From Candidatus Spongiisociaceae bacterium (lineage in GTDB: Bacteria; Actinomycetota; Acidimicrobiia; Spongiisociales; Spongiisociaceae), in NCBI GenBank assembly GCA_965219685.1, contig CBDCOH010000002.1, forward strand, positions 1,344,001-1,408,000: DNA of 64,000 bases. The letters run 5' to 3'. Position numbers and translations under genes: made by a program. Shown here piece by piece: positions 1 through 9,950 of this stretch (position 1 is the first letter of the stretch; each line of letters begins with the position of its first letter). The notes under the pieces are model-generated. The model was not told where the DNA came from, made no database searches, and worked only from the letters and a program-made list of their open reading frames with translations.

Positions 1-765
1 CCGACCTACCCGGACCTTGTCGCTGTTGTTGGACCCGTACAGCACCCGGTCGAGAGCGGAAAGCGACCAGAACTTCTCCAGAGCACGGAAGAGGGGCTCC
101 GGCCCCAATTCCGAGAAGTGGTACATGTCGGCGTAGAAGTTGGGGTGCTTCGCGACCATGAGGACACACTGATCGAGCCATGGCACGCCCAGCGCCACGA
201 TGAGTTTCAGGTCGCGGTAGCGGCGACCCACCTCGTCGATGAGCACCGGGTCGGCGTGTTCCAACTTAGCGGTGATGGTCGGGGTCCAGCCGGTGAATAT
301 GTGCACAGGGATGTCCAGTTCGATGCACCGCTCGTAGACCGGGTCGAGTCGGCGGTCGTTGGGCGAGTAGTGCTGGTAGGACGCCACCAACTTGACAGCC
401 CGGAAGTCCAGTTCCAGGACGCAGCGGTCGATCTCCTCCAAGGCTGCAGGCACGTCACGGATCGGATCCACGCAGACGACCCCTCTGAGACGATCCGGGA
501 ACAGTGCGACCTGCTCGGCGGTGTAGTCGTTGGGGACGAACACCTCATGTTCCTCGGGGAAGTCCGGATGCCACGTTGTGCGCCGGAGGTCGGCGCCCTG
601 CACCAGACCGACATCGACACCGGAGCGGTCCAGCAGGTCGACCATCCAAGCTCCGTCGGTCGAACCGAAGACGCCCCCGTACGGGCGGTAGATCTCGGTC
701 ATCCACCAGTCCGGAACCTGGCTGGGCGTCTCGGTCAGATGAAGATGGCAATCAACCGTGACCAT
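1..765 (-). CDS. Amidohydrolase_2 family protein, paralogue 1 (3' end runs off window)
   Basis: Not in the ORF track; translated by hand. Reads MVTVDCHLH...VQGADLRRTTWHPD...VHIFTGWTP...KHPNF...LYGSNNSDK. GAGGAG RBS at 771-776 (minus). Same subfamily as 31149-32051 and 37926-38831. Confidence 0.9.
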   Translation of the reverse strand, partial: MVTVDCHLHLTETPSQVPDWWMTEIYRPYGGVFGSTDGAWMVDLLDRSGVDVGLVQGADLRRTTWHPDFPEEHEVFVPNDYTAEQVALFPDRLRGVVCVDPIRDVPAALEEIDRCVLELDFRAVKLVASYQHYSPNDRRLDPVYERCIELDIPVHIFTGWTPTITAKLEHADPVLIDEVGRRYRDLKLIVALGVPWLDQCVLMVAKHPNFYADMYHFSELGPEPLFRALEKFWSLSALDRVLYGSNNSDKVRVGR

Positions 766-832
766 CCATCCTCCTCGTATACCATCGAGATGCTCGGCGC
801 CCGGACAACCACTCCAGCATAGGTCGGCAGGC

Positions 833-1270
833 CTAGAGCTCTATGAACTCGAGCCAGTTGCCCTCCGGATCCTGGAAATAGACGACCCCCCAGTCGTCGC
901 CGTCCGGTGTCTTCGAGAAGATCGGATCGGTGACAAAGGAAACCCCCTTGCCGGCCAGCACCTCATGCGCCTTGCGGAGATCGTCCACCAGGAAGCAGAC
1001 ATGCGTCGCGCCCAGCTTGTTCAACCCGACGTGGCCGTCGGTCGAGAGCGGTTCCAGATACTGGATGAGTTCGAGCATGTGTCCGTCATCCCCGAGACCG
1101 AGAAAGATCTCGACCCGGCGCGCTCTCGGTATCCCGGCGTGATCACCTTCGGGTCCAGCCTCCATCTCGTAGCGTTCGAGGACGGTCAGGCCGAGATCCT
1201 CCGTGTAGAACCGCAGCATCTCATCGAGATCCCGGACCACGATTCCCGAGTGATTGAAGCTGGTGATCAT
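833..1270 (-). CDS. VOC/glyoxalase family protein
   Basis: NHSGIVVRDL, HMLELIQY, THVCFLVDD and YFQDPEGNWLEFIE give the H/E/H/E metal motifs. Confidence 0.9.
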   Translation of the reverse strand: MITSFNHSGIVVRDLDEMLRFYTEDLGLTVLERYEMEAGPEGDHAGIPRARRVEIFLGLGDDGHMLELIQYLEPLSTDGHVGLNKLGATHVCFLVDDLRKAHEVLAGKGVSFVTDPIFSKTPDGDDWGVVYFQDPEGNWLEFIEL

Positions 1271-1329
1271 TCCCTACCCTTCGACAGCGAACCGGCGCTC
1301 GCCCCAGGAGGGTAGACGGGGTGACCCGA

Positions 1330-2184
1330 TCACGTGTCTCGGCGGGACCGCGGCCCGCCGGGTTCGGGTTGGAAGGGACCGTCGCGAGCCTCGAGAAACG
1401 CTCGTATGCCTCCCCTGCGAAATGCCTCGTCGAGGTGCCTGACCTCGGGTGAGTCGCCGGAGGCGTGGGCGATGGTCGCCAGGAAGGCCATGACGTTGTG
1501 GGCGTTCCGTAGTCCCATCGCCTCCAGCCCGTAGGTGGTGATCGCCTTGTTGAGACGCACCGAGTCCGCGGGAACCATGGCGATCCTCCGGGCGAGGGCG
1601 TGGGCCCGGTCCAGCAACTCCTCGGCCGGCACCACCTCGTTCACGACACCCATCCTCAGCGCCTCGGCGGCGTCGAAATGGTCACCTGTGAGCGTGTAAC
1701 GGTGAGCGTTCTTCCAGCCGGCCACCACCGCGAACAGGATCGAAGAACTCGATATCCCCCGGACCTCCGGCTGTCCGAAGGTCGCCTCCTCGGAGGCGAT
1801 GGTGATGTCGGCACACAACGCGTACCAGAACCCTCCGCCGAGACACCAGCCGTTGACCGCGGCGATCACCGGCGTTGACAACTCCATCACGTGCATGAAG
1901 CCTTCCGAGCTCCTCAGGTTGATGTCGAGCCAGTGGCGCAATGTGGAGGCGGCAGTCGCATCGTCCCCCGGGACATCCTCGCCGAAGTCATAGCCCGCGG
2001 AGAAGGCTGATCCGGAGCCTGTCAGGACAATCGCCCTGGCGGTCGGATCGCGGTCGGCCTCGTCGAGCGCGTGATGGAGTTCCCGCTCGAGGCTCTGCGA
2101 CAGCGCATTCATCACATCCGGACGATCGAGGGTGATGGTCGCCACCGCGTCGTCCCGGCTGAAGATGAGAGACTCGTAGTCCAA
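1330..2184 (-). CDS. Enoyl-CoA hydratase/isomerase (crotonase) family protein
   Basis: ITLDRPDVMNALS, AFSAGYD, PVIAAVNGWCLGGG, FGQPEV. Confidence 0.92.
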   Translation of the reverse strand: MDYESLIFSRDDAVATITLDRPDVMNALSQSLERELHHALDEADRDPTARAIVLTGSGSAFSAGYDFGEDVPGDDATAASTLRHWLDINLRSSEGFMHVMELSTPVIAAVNGWCLGGGFWYALCADITIASEEATFGQPEVRGISSSSILFAVVAGWKNAHRYTLTGDHFDAAEALRMGVVNEVVPAEELLDRAHALARRIAMVPADSVRLNKAITTYGLEAMGLRNAHNVMAFLATIAHASGDSPEVRHLDEAFRRGGIRAFLEARDGPFQPEPGGPRSRRDT

Positions 2185-2302
2185 ACTTGGCGCCTTCCAT
2201 TGGCGAGACCCTTCCTGACAGCTCCGCCACCACCTGTGGCGCCGACGCTGCCCGGCCTCCGCTCACCTAGACTCGCCCACGATCGCGTGGGGAGCAAACC
2301 GA

Positions 2303-3526
2303 ATGCTGGAAGATCTGGGTGTCGAGGGGTTCGTAGGGACACCGTTCCACAAGCGGAGTGCGGCAGCCGTCGAGACATCGTCCTGGTTCCCCTGGCCGCC
2401 GTACATAGTGCCCGACATCTACACCGACTTCAGGGAGGAGCTGGCGGCGATGCGGACGGCCGCCACTCTCAACGAGATGTCTCCCCTGTCGAAGACCCGC
2501 ATCAGTGGCCCCGATGCTCCCCTGCTTGCGAACCGGATCCTCACCCGGAACGCCCAGGCGCAGGAAGTGGGCCAGGTCCTCTACTCGCCGTGGTGCAACG
2601 AAGAGGGGAAGATGGTCGCCGACGGGCTCGTGTTCCGCTTCGCGGAAGAAGAGTACGTGTTCGTGGCCGGGCCCCAGCAACAGTGGTTCACGATGAACGC
2701 CGATGGACTCGACGTCGAGGTCGAGGACATCAGCCCTTCGATCGGCATCCTCGCCCTCCAAGGGCCCAGGTCGACCGAGGTTCTGGAGCGTACGACCGGC
2801 CAGGACTGGTCCTCCCTCAAGTTCTCCCGGATCAGGAGGACGGAGATCGCCGGCGCGCCCGTCGATGTGAGCCGCCAAGGTTTCACGGGCGAGGTGGGCT
2901 ACGAGCTGTGGGTGTCGCCCGAGGGCGCCTGCCCCATGTGGGACGCCCTGGTCGAAGCGGGCAGGGACTGCGGCCTTCGCCCGGCCGGCGAGTACGCCAT
3001 CGATATCGCCCGGGTGGAAGCGGGGCTGCTCATCATCGGGGCCGACTACATGGGGGCCGGCCCCGACCCCACCCCTCCCGTCGACGACCCGACGCAGATG
3101 CGCGAGTGCTCCCCAGTCGAGCTCCGGCTGGGCCGCTTCGTCGACTTCGACAAGCCGCACTTCATAGGCCGACAGGCCCTTCTGGACGAACAGGCGGCGG
3201 GCGGCGCCCCTCGACGGATGGTCGGCCTCACCATCGACTGGCGGGCGATGCTCGAGTACCAGCTCGAGCAGGGCGAACTCGTCCAGATGTTCCCCAGGGT
3301 CCACGACATGCCGCTGCCCGTGATCGACTCGGGAAACGTGGTGGGATACGCCACGAGCGTCACCTGGGGACCGACGGTCGGCAAACTCATCGGGCTCGGC
3401 CACATCGACAAGGAGTCCGCAAACCTGGGAGCGAAACTCTCGGTGCTGTGGTCGGCCAACGGCCGGACCGTCGAGATCGGCGCCGAGATAGTTCGCCTGC
3501 CATTCCGACCGCACCGGCGCGCTTGA
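2303..3526 (+). CDS. GcvT-like aminomethyltransferase / THF-dependent demethylase family protein
   Basis: TPFH, YSPWCNEEGKMVADG, LALQGPRS, SRQGFTGEVGYEL, ARVEAG, FIGRQAL; no gcvH or gcvP adjacent. Confidence 0.9.
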   Translation: MLEDLGVEGFVGTPFHKRSAAAVETSSWFPWPPYIVPDIYTDFREELAAMRTAATLNEMSPLSKTRISGPDAPLLANRILTRNAQAQEVGQVLYSPWCNEEGKMVADGLVFRFAEEEYVFVAGPQQQWFTMNADGLDVEVEDISPSIGILALQGPRSTEVLERTTGQDWSSLKFSRIRRTEIAGAPVDVSRQGFTGEVGYELWVSPEGACPMWDALVEAGRDCGLRPAGEYAIDIARVEAGLLIIGADYMGAGPDPTPPVDDPTQMRECSPVELRLGRFVDFDKPHFIGRQALLDEQAAGGAPRRMVGLTIDWRAMLEYQLEQGELVQMFPRVHDMPLPVIDSGNVVGYATSVTWGPTVGKLIGLGHIDKESANLGAKLSVLWSANGRTVEIGAEIVRLPFRPHRRA

Positions 3527-3848
3527 GCACTCGGCTGAAACCAGGGACGACCCTCCGTCAGATCATGGGACATCCGTAGAAACCGGGACGCATTCACAAG
3601 CCGGATGGAACCTCTGCTACATGCCCTTCTGGGCCGGACCGTTGAGAGAGAGCCAGGATCTACATCAGGGACTACGGCAGGGAGTGGACTGTACCGACAC
3701 CGTACGAGTGACTCGAGGCGGCTCGTAGGACGCGCGGGACGTCACGGCGTCGGAGCGATCTCCGCCGGTGAACGGGCGAGGATCCACGGCCGGCGAACTG
3801 ATGGGGACTATCGTCAATCACGACGTTGGCGGAGAAGGGGTTTCGGTC

Positions 3849-4988
3849 ATGATCGAATGGCTAGGTATCGGCCATCTCGTCGAGCTATCCGGTTCGGAGG
3901 CGATCTGGGGGTTCTTGACCCCGCTGGTTGCATTCGCCGGGTTCTTCGTGTTGCAGCTCATACTGCCGGGACGCCGGGTCCCCGGCTACGTCATCAATCC
4001 CGAGACCCGCGAACCTCGAAGCTACCGGCTCAACGGTCTCCTCGTCTTCGTAATCGTGGTGATCGTGTGGTACCTCGAGCTCACCGGAATGCCCCGCGAG
4101 TGGTTCTACCGGTCCACCCTCTATGCCGTGGCCGGCGGGACGGTGGTCACCCTGATCCTCGCGATCATCGCCGTGTACAGCCAGCCACCGGGTGAGGTGA
4201 AGAACCCGTTACTGGCCTTATGGATCGGACGGACCCGAGAGCTGTCCTTCTTCAACCAGCGCATCGATATCAAGATGTATTTCTATGTGGTAGGCGGGAC
4301 GATGCTAGTTCTCAACGGCTGGTCCGCAGTGGCTTACCACTACGACCGCTTCGGCGAGGACTCCAACCCCGGTGTTGTCCTGTATACCGCGTTCTTCACA
4401 TGGTATATCGTGGATTACTTCATATTCGAGCGTGTCCAGCTGTATACGTACGACCTGATCCATGAGCGGATGGGCTTCAAGATGTTCTGGGGCGGGCTCT
4501 TGATCTACGGGTGGATGTTCACCCTGCCGCTGTGGGGAATGGCCGTTCACCCGGACCCCGGACTCTCGTCACCGGGCAGGTATGTCTGGCTCATCGGGGC
4601 GTCGGTGTGCTTCCTCTTCGGGTGGGGCATGGCCCGCGGCGCCGCCATGCAGAAGTACACGTTCAAGCGCTGGCCCGACCGCAAGTTCCTCGGCCTCATC
4701 GAGCCGGAGTACATCGAGGCCGGTGACCGCAAGATCCTGGTCAGCGGTTTCTGGGGCTTGTCCCGCCATATGAACTACGGGGGTGAGGGGTTCATCTCGC
4801 TGGGGATGGCCCTGGCGTTCGGCCACTTCACCAACCTGTGGGCTTGGACCTACTTCATCTTCGTCATCATCATGTTCACCACCCGTGAACGCTACGACAA
4901 CAAGTTCTGTGAGGAGAAGTACGGCCCGGAGAAATGGGCCGAGTACAAAGCAAGGGTGAAGTACCGGATCTATCCCTGGGTCTACTGA
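3849..4988 (+). CDS. ERG4/ERG24/DHCR7-like sterol reductase (integral membrane)
   Basis: SYRLNGL, YDLIHERMGFKMFWG, LVSGFWGLSRHMNYGGE, CEEKYG..WAEYKARVKYRIYPWVY; many TM segments. Start moved to ATG 3849, downstream of GGAG. Confidence 0.85.
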   Translation: MIEWLGIGHLVELSGSEAIWGFLTPLVAFAGFFVLQLILPGRRVPGYVINPETREPRSYRLNGLLVFVIVVIVWYLELTGMPREWFYRSTLYAVAGGTVVTLILAIIAVYSQPPGEVKNPLLALWIGRTRELSFFNQRIDIKMYFYVVGGTMLVLNGWSAVAYHYDRFGEDSNPGVVLYTAFFTWYIVDYFIFERVQLYTYDLIHERMGFKMFWGGLLIYGWMFTLPLWGMAVHPDPGLSSPGRYVWLIGASVCFLFGWGMARGAAMQKYTFKRWPDRKFLGLIEPEYIEAGDRKILVSGFWGLSRHMNYGGEGFISLGMALAFGHFTNLWAWTYFIFVIIMFTTRERYDNKFCEEKYGPEKWAEYKARVKYRIYPWVY

Positions 4989-5017
4989 CAAGGATCGCCG
5001 CGGAATCGGGATTACGG

Positions 5018-5048
5018 ATCATCGACAAGTTCAGCTTCGACACCCAGA
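5018..5048 (+). repeat. 31-bp orphan copy of an internal hsdM segment (6977-7007)
   Basis: ATCATCGACAAGTTCAGCTTCGACACCCAGA vs ATCATCGACAAGTTCAACTTCGACACCCAGA, 30/31 identical. Confidence 0.8.
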
Positions 5049-5148
5049 CCTACGGTCCATCAGCGACAGGTTGAGTGATATCCTGTCGCTATGACCGTGG
5101 TAGTGGTCCTGTTATTGCACAACCTTCCCCGAACCGGGGTGTGATCGC

Positions 5149-6450
5149 GTGGCGGAGTATCTGCGCATGTGGTGGGCCCCTCGGTTCGAGGGCCCGTCCC
5201 GGGCGGATCGGATGGGCGGTTGGTATCACCCGTACTCACCGGATCTTCTAGCCGGGTGGGATCCGCTGATTCCGGGATCGTTGGCAGCATCTGTCAGCCA
5301 GGCGGAGGAGGCGGTACGGGAACTGAACAGTCCCACCCACCGGCATCCCGGTTTGGGTGGGCTGGGGCGGTTCCTGCTGCGAGCGGAGTCGGTGGGTTCA
5401 TCGGCTATCGAGGGTCTGAGGGTTGGCCCCCGGCGTCTGCTGGCAGCCGAGGACCAGATAGCACGGGGGCTGACCGGCGCAGACAGCGTGGCGGCGGAGG
5501 TACTCGGCAACATCGACGCCATGCGACAGGCAACAGAGGTCGCCGCTCGGCAACAACCGATCACCCTTGACGGCCTGCTGGAAGTCCACAAGCTGCTGAT
5601 GGACCGCTCCCCGAACCCGGAGCTGGGAGGAGTGTTGCGAGAAGAACAGGGATGGATAGGGGGAGGGAGTTTCAACCCCTGCAACGCCGCCTACGTGCCT
5701 CCTCCCCCCGATCGGGTACCCGAGTTGATGCACGATCTCGTCGCCTATGTGAACACCGATTATCACACTCCCCTAACCCAAGCAGCGGTGGCTCACGCCC
5801 AATTCGAGACGATCCATCCCTTCGGAGACGGAAACGGCCGAGCCGGGCGGGCACTGATCCACATCGTGCTGCAAAGCCGGGGACTGGCGCGCCGGTTCGT
5901 GCCGCCGATCAGCCTGGTCCTCTCCACGTGGTCGGACTCCTACATAGAAGGGCTTGCCACCTTTCGGCATGGAGGCCCGGCGGACAGTGCCCGACGAGAC
6001 GACGCCCTTCAGCCGTGGCTGGACCTATTCGCAGCCGCAACCCGAAGGGCATGCGACGACGCGCTGCAACACAGCACCCGGATCGACCAACTCACCGATG
6101 AGTGGAACCAGAAGCTGGGCCGCTACCGGAAAGGATCGGCCCTGGACCGGCTGGTAGAGGTTCTTCCCGGGGTTCCCCTCTTGACTCCCGATAGGGCAGC
6201 ACGACTGATAGGACGTTCCCCGGTAGCTACCCGAGCCGCCATCACGCAACTCCTCGAGGCCGGGATCCTGCGGCTCCGACCCTCCAGCAGTCCCCGCAAC
6301 CGAATCCTCGAAGCCCCCTCCGTCATGCGCCTGCTCACCTCCCTGGAACGCTCCCTCGCCACCCCTCAAGGCAACACACTCCAGGAGAATCCAGTCCGTC
6401 CGGTCCCCGACAGGCCCCCACCCACGAACGCACCGGTCCAGCCTGGTTGA
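5149..6450 (+). CDS. Fic family protein
   Basis: Fic motif HPFGDGNGRAGR; RAESVGSSAIEG; probable C-terminal wHTH. Confidence 0.92.
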   Translation: MAEYLRMWWAPRFEGPSRADRMGGWYHPYSPDLLAGWDPLIPGSLAASVSQAEEAVRELNSPTHRHPGLGGLGRFLLRAESVGSSAIEGLRVGPRRLLAAEDQIARGLTGADSVAAEVLGNIDAMRQATEVAARQQPITLDGLLEVHKLLMDRSPNPELGGVLREEQGWIGGGSFNPCNAAYVPPPPDRVPELMHDLVAYVNTDYHTPLTQAAVAHAQFETIHPFGDGNGRAGRALIHIVLQSRGLARRFVPPISLVLSTWSDSYIEGLATFRHGGPADSARRDDALQPWLDLFAAATRRACDDALQHSTRIDQLTDEWNQKLGRYRKGSALDRLVEVLPGVPLLTPDRAARLIGRSPVATRAAITQLLEAGILRLRPSSSPRNRILEAPSVMRLLTSLERSLATPQGNTLQENPVRPVPDRPPPTNAPVQPG

Positions 6451-6634
6451 ACCGCCCCGGAACTGAACCTCCGGCTTCATCGGAGAGTATGGCCCCCCGT
6501 TTGGCCCAGGGCCGACACCGTGTCGTTGACCGGGACATGCTCCCCTCGGCATGTCCACCTATATGCCTCGTACTGGTCGACCTGAGGTGGCTCACCCGTC
6601 GGCTAGGTTTGGAGTTCGTGAGCAGAGGTGCTGG

Positions 6635-8656
6635 ATGAGCGACGAGACGATCAACAACCACGGCGCCTTCATCTGGTCGGTGGCCGACCTGCTGCGGGGT
6701 GTGTACAAGCAGTCGGAGTACGGGCGGGTGATCCTGCCGCTGACGGTGCTGCGGCGTCTCGACTGCGTGCTCGAACCCACCAAGGACAAGGTGCTGGAGG
6801 TGGCGGCCAAGCTTCCCGAGTACCTGGAGAACCGAGCGCCGATTCTGAGGCACGCAGCGGGAGAGTCGTTCTACAACACGTCGAAGCACACCTTCAAGAC
6901 GCTGCTGGCCGATCCGGACAACGTGGCCCCGAACCTGCGGAACTACATCGCCGGGTTCTCGGAGTCGGCCCGGGACATCATCGACAAGTTCAACTTCGAC
7001 ACCCAGATCGACCGTCTCGACCAGCACAACCTGCTGTACCTGGTGGTGTCGCGTTTCGCCGATCTCGATGTGCGCCCGGAGACCGTGTCGAACCTTGAGA
7101 TGGGGTACATCTACGAGGAGTTGATCCGCAAGTTCTCGGAGCTGTCCAACGAGACGGCCGGCGAGCACTTCACGCCCCGCGAGGTGATCCGCCTGATGGT
7201 CAACCTACTGCTGGCGGACGATGACGAGCTGCTGACCGCGCCGGGGATCGTCAAGACGATGCTGGACCCGGCCTGCGGCACGGGGGGGATGCTGTCGGTG
7301 TCGGAGGAGTACCTGCGCAAGCTCAACCCGCAGGGCCGTCTCGACGTGTACGGGCAGGAGGTGAACGCCGAGACCTACGCCACATGCCGGTCGGACATGC
7401 TGATCAAAGGCTTGGACGCGTCACGGATCCGGTTCGGGAACAGCTTCGACGACGACCAGCATCGCAACCGCCGGTTCGACTACCTGCTGGCCAATCCCCC
7501 GTTCGGTTTGGAGTGGAAGATGGTCGCCAACCACATCAGAGCCGAACACAAGACCAAGGGTTTCGCCGGGCGTTTCGGCGCCGGCCTTCCCCGCATCAAC
7601 GACGGCAGCTTCCTGTTCCTCCAGCACATGATCTCCAAAGTGAAGCGCCCCGAAGACGGCGGCACCCGCCTGGCGATCGTGTTCAACGGCTCTCCCCTGT
7701 TCACCGGCGCCGCCGGATCAGGCGAGTCCGAGATCCGCCGCTGGATCATCGAGAACGACTGGCTCGAAGCAGTGGTCGCCCTCCCCGACCAACTGTTCTA
7801 CAACACCGGGATCTCCACCTACTTCTGGGTGGTCACCAACCGCAAGTCCGAGAAGCGGACCGGCAAGGTACAGCTCATCGACGCCCGCGAGTCATGGACC
7901 AAGATGCGAAAGAGCCGCGGCAACAAGCGCAAGGAGATCAGCGAGGAGCAGATAGCCGACCTCACCCGCCTCTACGGCGCCTTCGAGGAAGGGCTCCGCT
8001 CCAAGATCTTCCCCAACGAGGCCTTCGGCTTCCTCCGCATCACCGTCGAACGCCCCCTCCGCCTCCGCTGGGAAATCACCGACGACACCCTGGCTGCCGT
8101 TGCCACCGACAAGAAGATCGCCAAGCTCCCGGCTCTGTCGCAGGATCTGGTCGTCGAGAAGCTCCGGGCCGACCATGGCGTCACCTACCACACCGAGAAG
8201 ACCGCCAAAGCAGCCGTCCGGGATGCTCTGGTAGCGGTCATCGGCAAGAAACCCGCACCCCTTGTCAACGCAGTGACCAACGCCCTCGCAGTGCGTGATC
8301 CCGAAGCCCCCGCCGTCACCGACAGCAAGGGCAACCCCAAACCCGACCCGCAGCTGCGTGACTACGAGAACGTACCCCTACCCACCAAACGGGTCACTCA
8401 CGAGACCGACACCACCAGACGGCTCGACACCATCGAATACCAGACCGCCATCGACGACTACCTCGAAGCAGAAGTCCACCCCTATGTCCCCGACGCCTGG
8501 TACGACCCGAAGAAAACCAAGATCGGCTACGAAGTCCCCCTCACCCGCCACTTCTACACCTACACCCCGCCCCGCCCCCTCGATGAGATCGACGCCGAGA
8601 TCACATCCCTGGAAGCTGAGATCCAGACCCTGCTCGCCGAGGTCGCTGGGGCGTGA
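6635..8656 (+). CDS. hsdM: Type I R-M methyltransferase subunit M
   Basis: FIWSVADLLRG, AGEHFTPREVI, LDPACGTGGML (motif I), ANPPFG (motif IV); start at MSDETIN. Confidence 0.96.
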   Translation: MSDETINNHGAFIWSVADLLRGVYKQSEYGRVILPLTVLRRLDCVLEPTKDKVLEVAAKLPEYLENRAPILRHAAGESFYNTSKHTFKTLLADPDNVAPNLRNYIAGFSESARDIIDKFNFDTQIDRLDQHNLLYLVVSRFADLDVRPETVSNLEMGYIYEELIRKFSELSNETAGEHFTPREVIRLMVNLLLADDDELLTAPGIVKTMLDPACGTGGMLSVSEEYLRKLNPQGRLDVYGQEVNAETYATCRSDMLIKGLDASRIRFGNSFDDDQHRNRRFDYLLANPPFGLEWKMVANHIRAEHKTKGFAGRFGAGLPRINDGSFLFLQHMISKVKRPEDGGTRLAIVFNGSPLFTGAAGSGESEIRRWIIENDWLEAVVALPDQLFYNTGISTYFWVVTNRKSEKRTGKVQLIDARESWTKMRKSRGNKRKEISEEQIADLTRLYGAFEEGLRSKIFPNEAFGFLRITVERPLRLRWEITDDTLAAVATDKKIAKLPALSQDLVVEKLRADHGVTYHTEKTAKAAVRDALVAVIGKKPAPLVNAVTNALAVRDPEAPAVTDSKGNPKPDPQLRDYENVPLPTKRVTHETDTTRRLDTIEYQTAIDDYLEAEVHPYVPDAWYDPKKTKIGYEVPLTRHFYTYTPPRPLDEIDAEITSLEAEIQTLLAEVAGA

Positions 8657-9876
8657 ACCTAACCAAGCTCAAGCGTGTGGCAGTTCTTCGGGCTGGCGGG
8701 ACACCGGCCGTACAGTCCGAACGTTTCTGGCGTGAACCACCCGATGGCATTCCATGGGTCGCGATCGGTGACATGTCGGACGGTGGCCTCGTTAGGGAGA
8801 CTGCTCGACACGTTTCAGCTGAGGGGATCACCGACAAGCGTCTTCCGGTCGGACGCCCTGGGACAGTGCTATTCGCGATGTACGCCAGCGTAGGGGCGGT
8901 CGCTGAGCTTGCCGTAACAGCATCCTGGAACCAGGCCCTGCTTGGGATCGAGCCGGTGCCTGGAGTCTCAACTCGGAGGTTCATCCGCTTCTGGATGGAG
9001 CATCTTCGGCCGGGTCTCGGAGCGCTGGCACGGAGCAACACTCAGGACAATCTGAACGCGGAGCAGGTCGGGAATCTCTACTTCCCAGTCCTGCCTGTGG
9101 AGACGCAGCGGGCGATCGCTGACTACCTCGACACCGAAACCAGCCGCATCGACACCCTCATCATCAAGAAGCGCCGTATGATCGAACTCCTCGACGAACG
9201 CGTACGTTCCCGTCGTGACCAGTGGTTCGAGAACCTGTCCTCTACGTATGGGGTCGTGTCCCTCCGTAGGCGATGGTCGCTCATCGAGCAGGGATGGAGT
9301 CCTGTGTGTGACTCTGAACCTGCGGAGGCAGATGAGTGGGGTGTCATTAAGACAAGCGCTGTCTCGACAGGCGTGTTTGTGCCTGATAACAACAAAAGGC
9401 TCCCTGCTGACAAGGACCCAGACATGCGATGGATGCTTCGGGACGGTGATCTGCTCGTCACGCGCGGGTCGGGTTCTAGGTCGATGGTTGGCAAAGCATG
9501 CGTAGCACGTGTCGGACGAAGAAAACTGACCCTCTCCGATCTCGTGTACCGAGTCCGCTTGGTTCGGACTAGTCCTGATTTTGTGGCTGCTGCCACGTCC
9601 AGTTCGGCGGCTCGATCGCAGATTGAGGGTTCTATTCGGACCGATGTCGGACAGACGTTGAAGGTCCGGCGTGACGATCTAGCCAGCGTTCGTATCCCGG
9701 CAGTTCCCTACAAGTTCCAAGCGAGAGAGGTTAGAGATTTGGCGCGGAGGATATCCCCACTCCAGAAGGCTGAACGATTGATTGAGAAGCAACTGGAACT
9801 GCTCGCCGAGCGTCGGCAGGCCTTGATCACGAAGGCTGTGACCGGCGAGTTGACGGTTCCAGCGGATCAGGGTTAG
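8653..9876 (+). CDS. hsdS: Type I R-M specificity subunit S
   Basis: GTGA overlap with hsdM; two TRDs separated by PVETQRAIADYLD and ending ERRQALITKAVTGEL. Confidence 0.93.
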   Translation: MNLTKLKRVAVLRAGGTPAVQSERFWREPPDGIPWVAIGDMSDGGLVRETARHVSAEGITDKRLPVGRPGTVLFAMYASVGAVAELAVTASWNQALLGIEPVPGVSTRRFIRFWMEHLRPGLGALARSNTQDNLNAEQVGNLYFPVLPVETQRAIADYLDTETSRIDTLIIKKRRMIELLDERVRSRRDQWFENLSSTYGVVSLRRRWSLIEQGWSPVCDSEPAEADEWGVIKTSAVSTGVFVPDNNKRLPADKDPDMRWMLRDGDLLVTRGSGSRSMVGKACVARVGRRKLTLSDLVYRVRLVRTSPDFVAAATSSSAARSQIEGSIRTDVGQTLKVRRDDLASVRIPAVPYKFQAREVRDLARRISPLQKAERLIEKQLELLAERRQALITKAVTGELTVPADQG

Positions 9877-9950
9877 CGAGAGTTCTCCATCACTTCGATC
9901 TTGCCGACAGACGAGCGCGATCCACACCAGGGGGCTAACCGTCGTCGTGC

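Noticed and set aside
2071-3579. Long alternative-frame and antisense ORFs (also 15310-16701, 49587-51254, 50320-51687, 59077-60972)
   Set aside because: Shadow ORFs expected in high-GC DNA; Arg/Pro/Gly-rich or antisense to well-supported genes, with no motifs.
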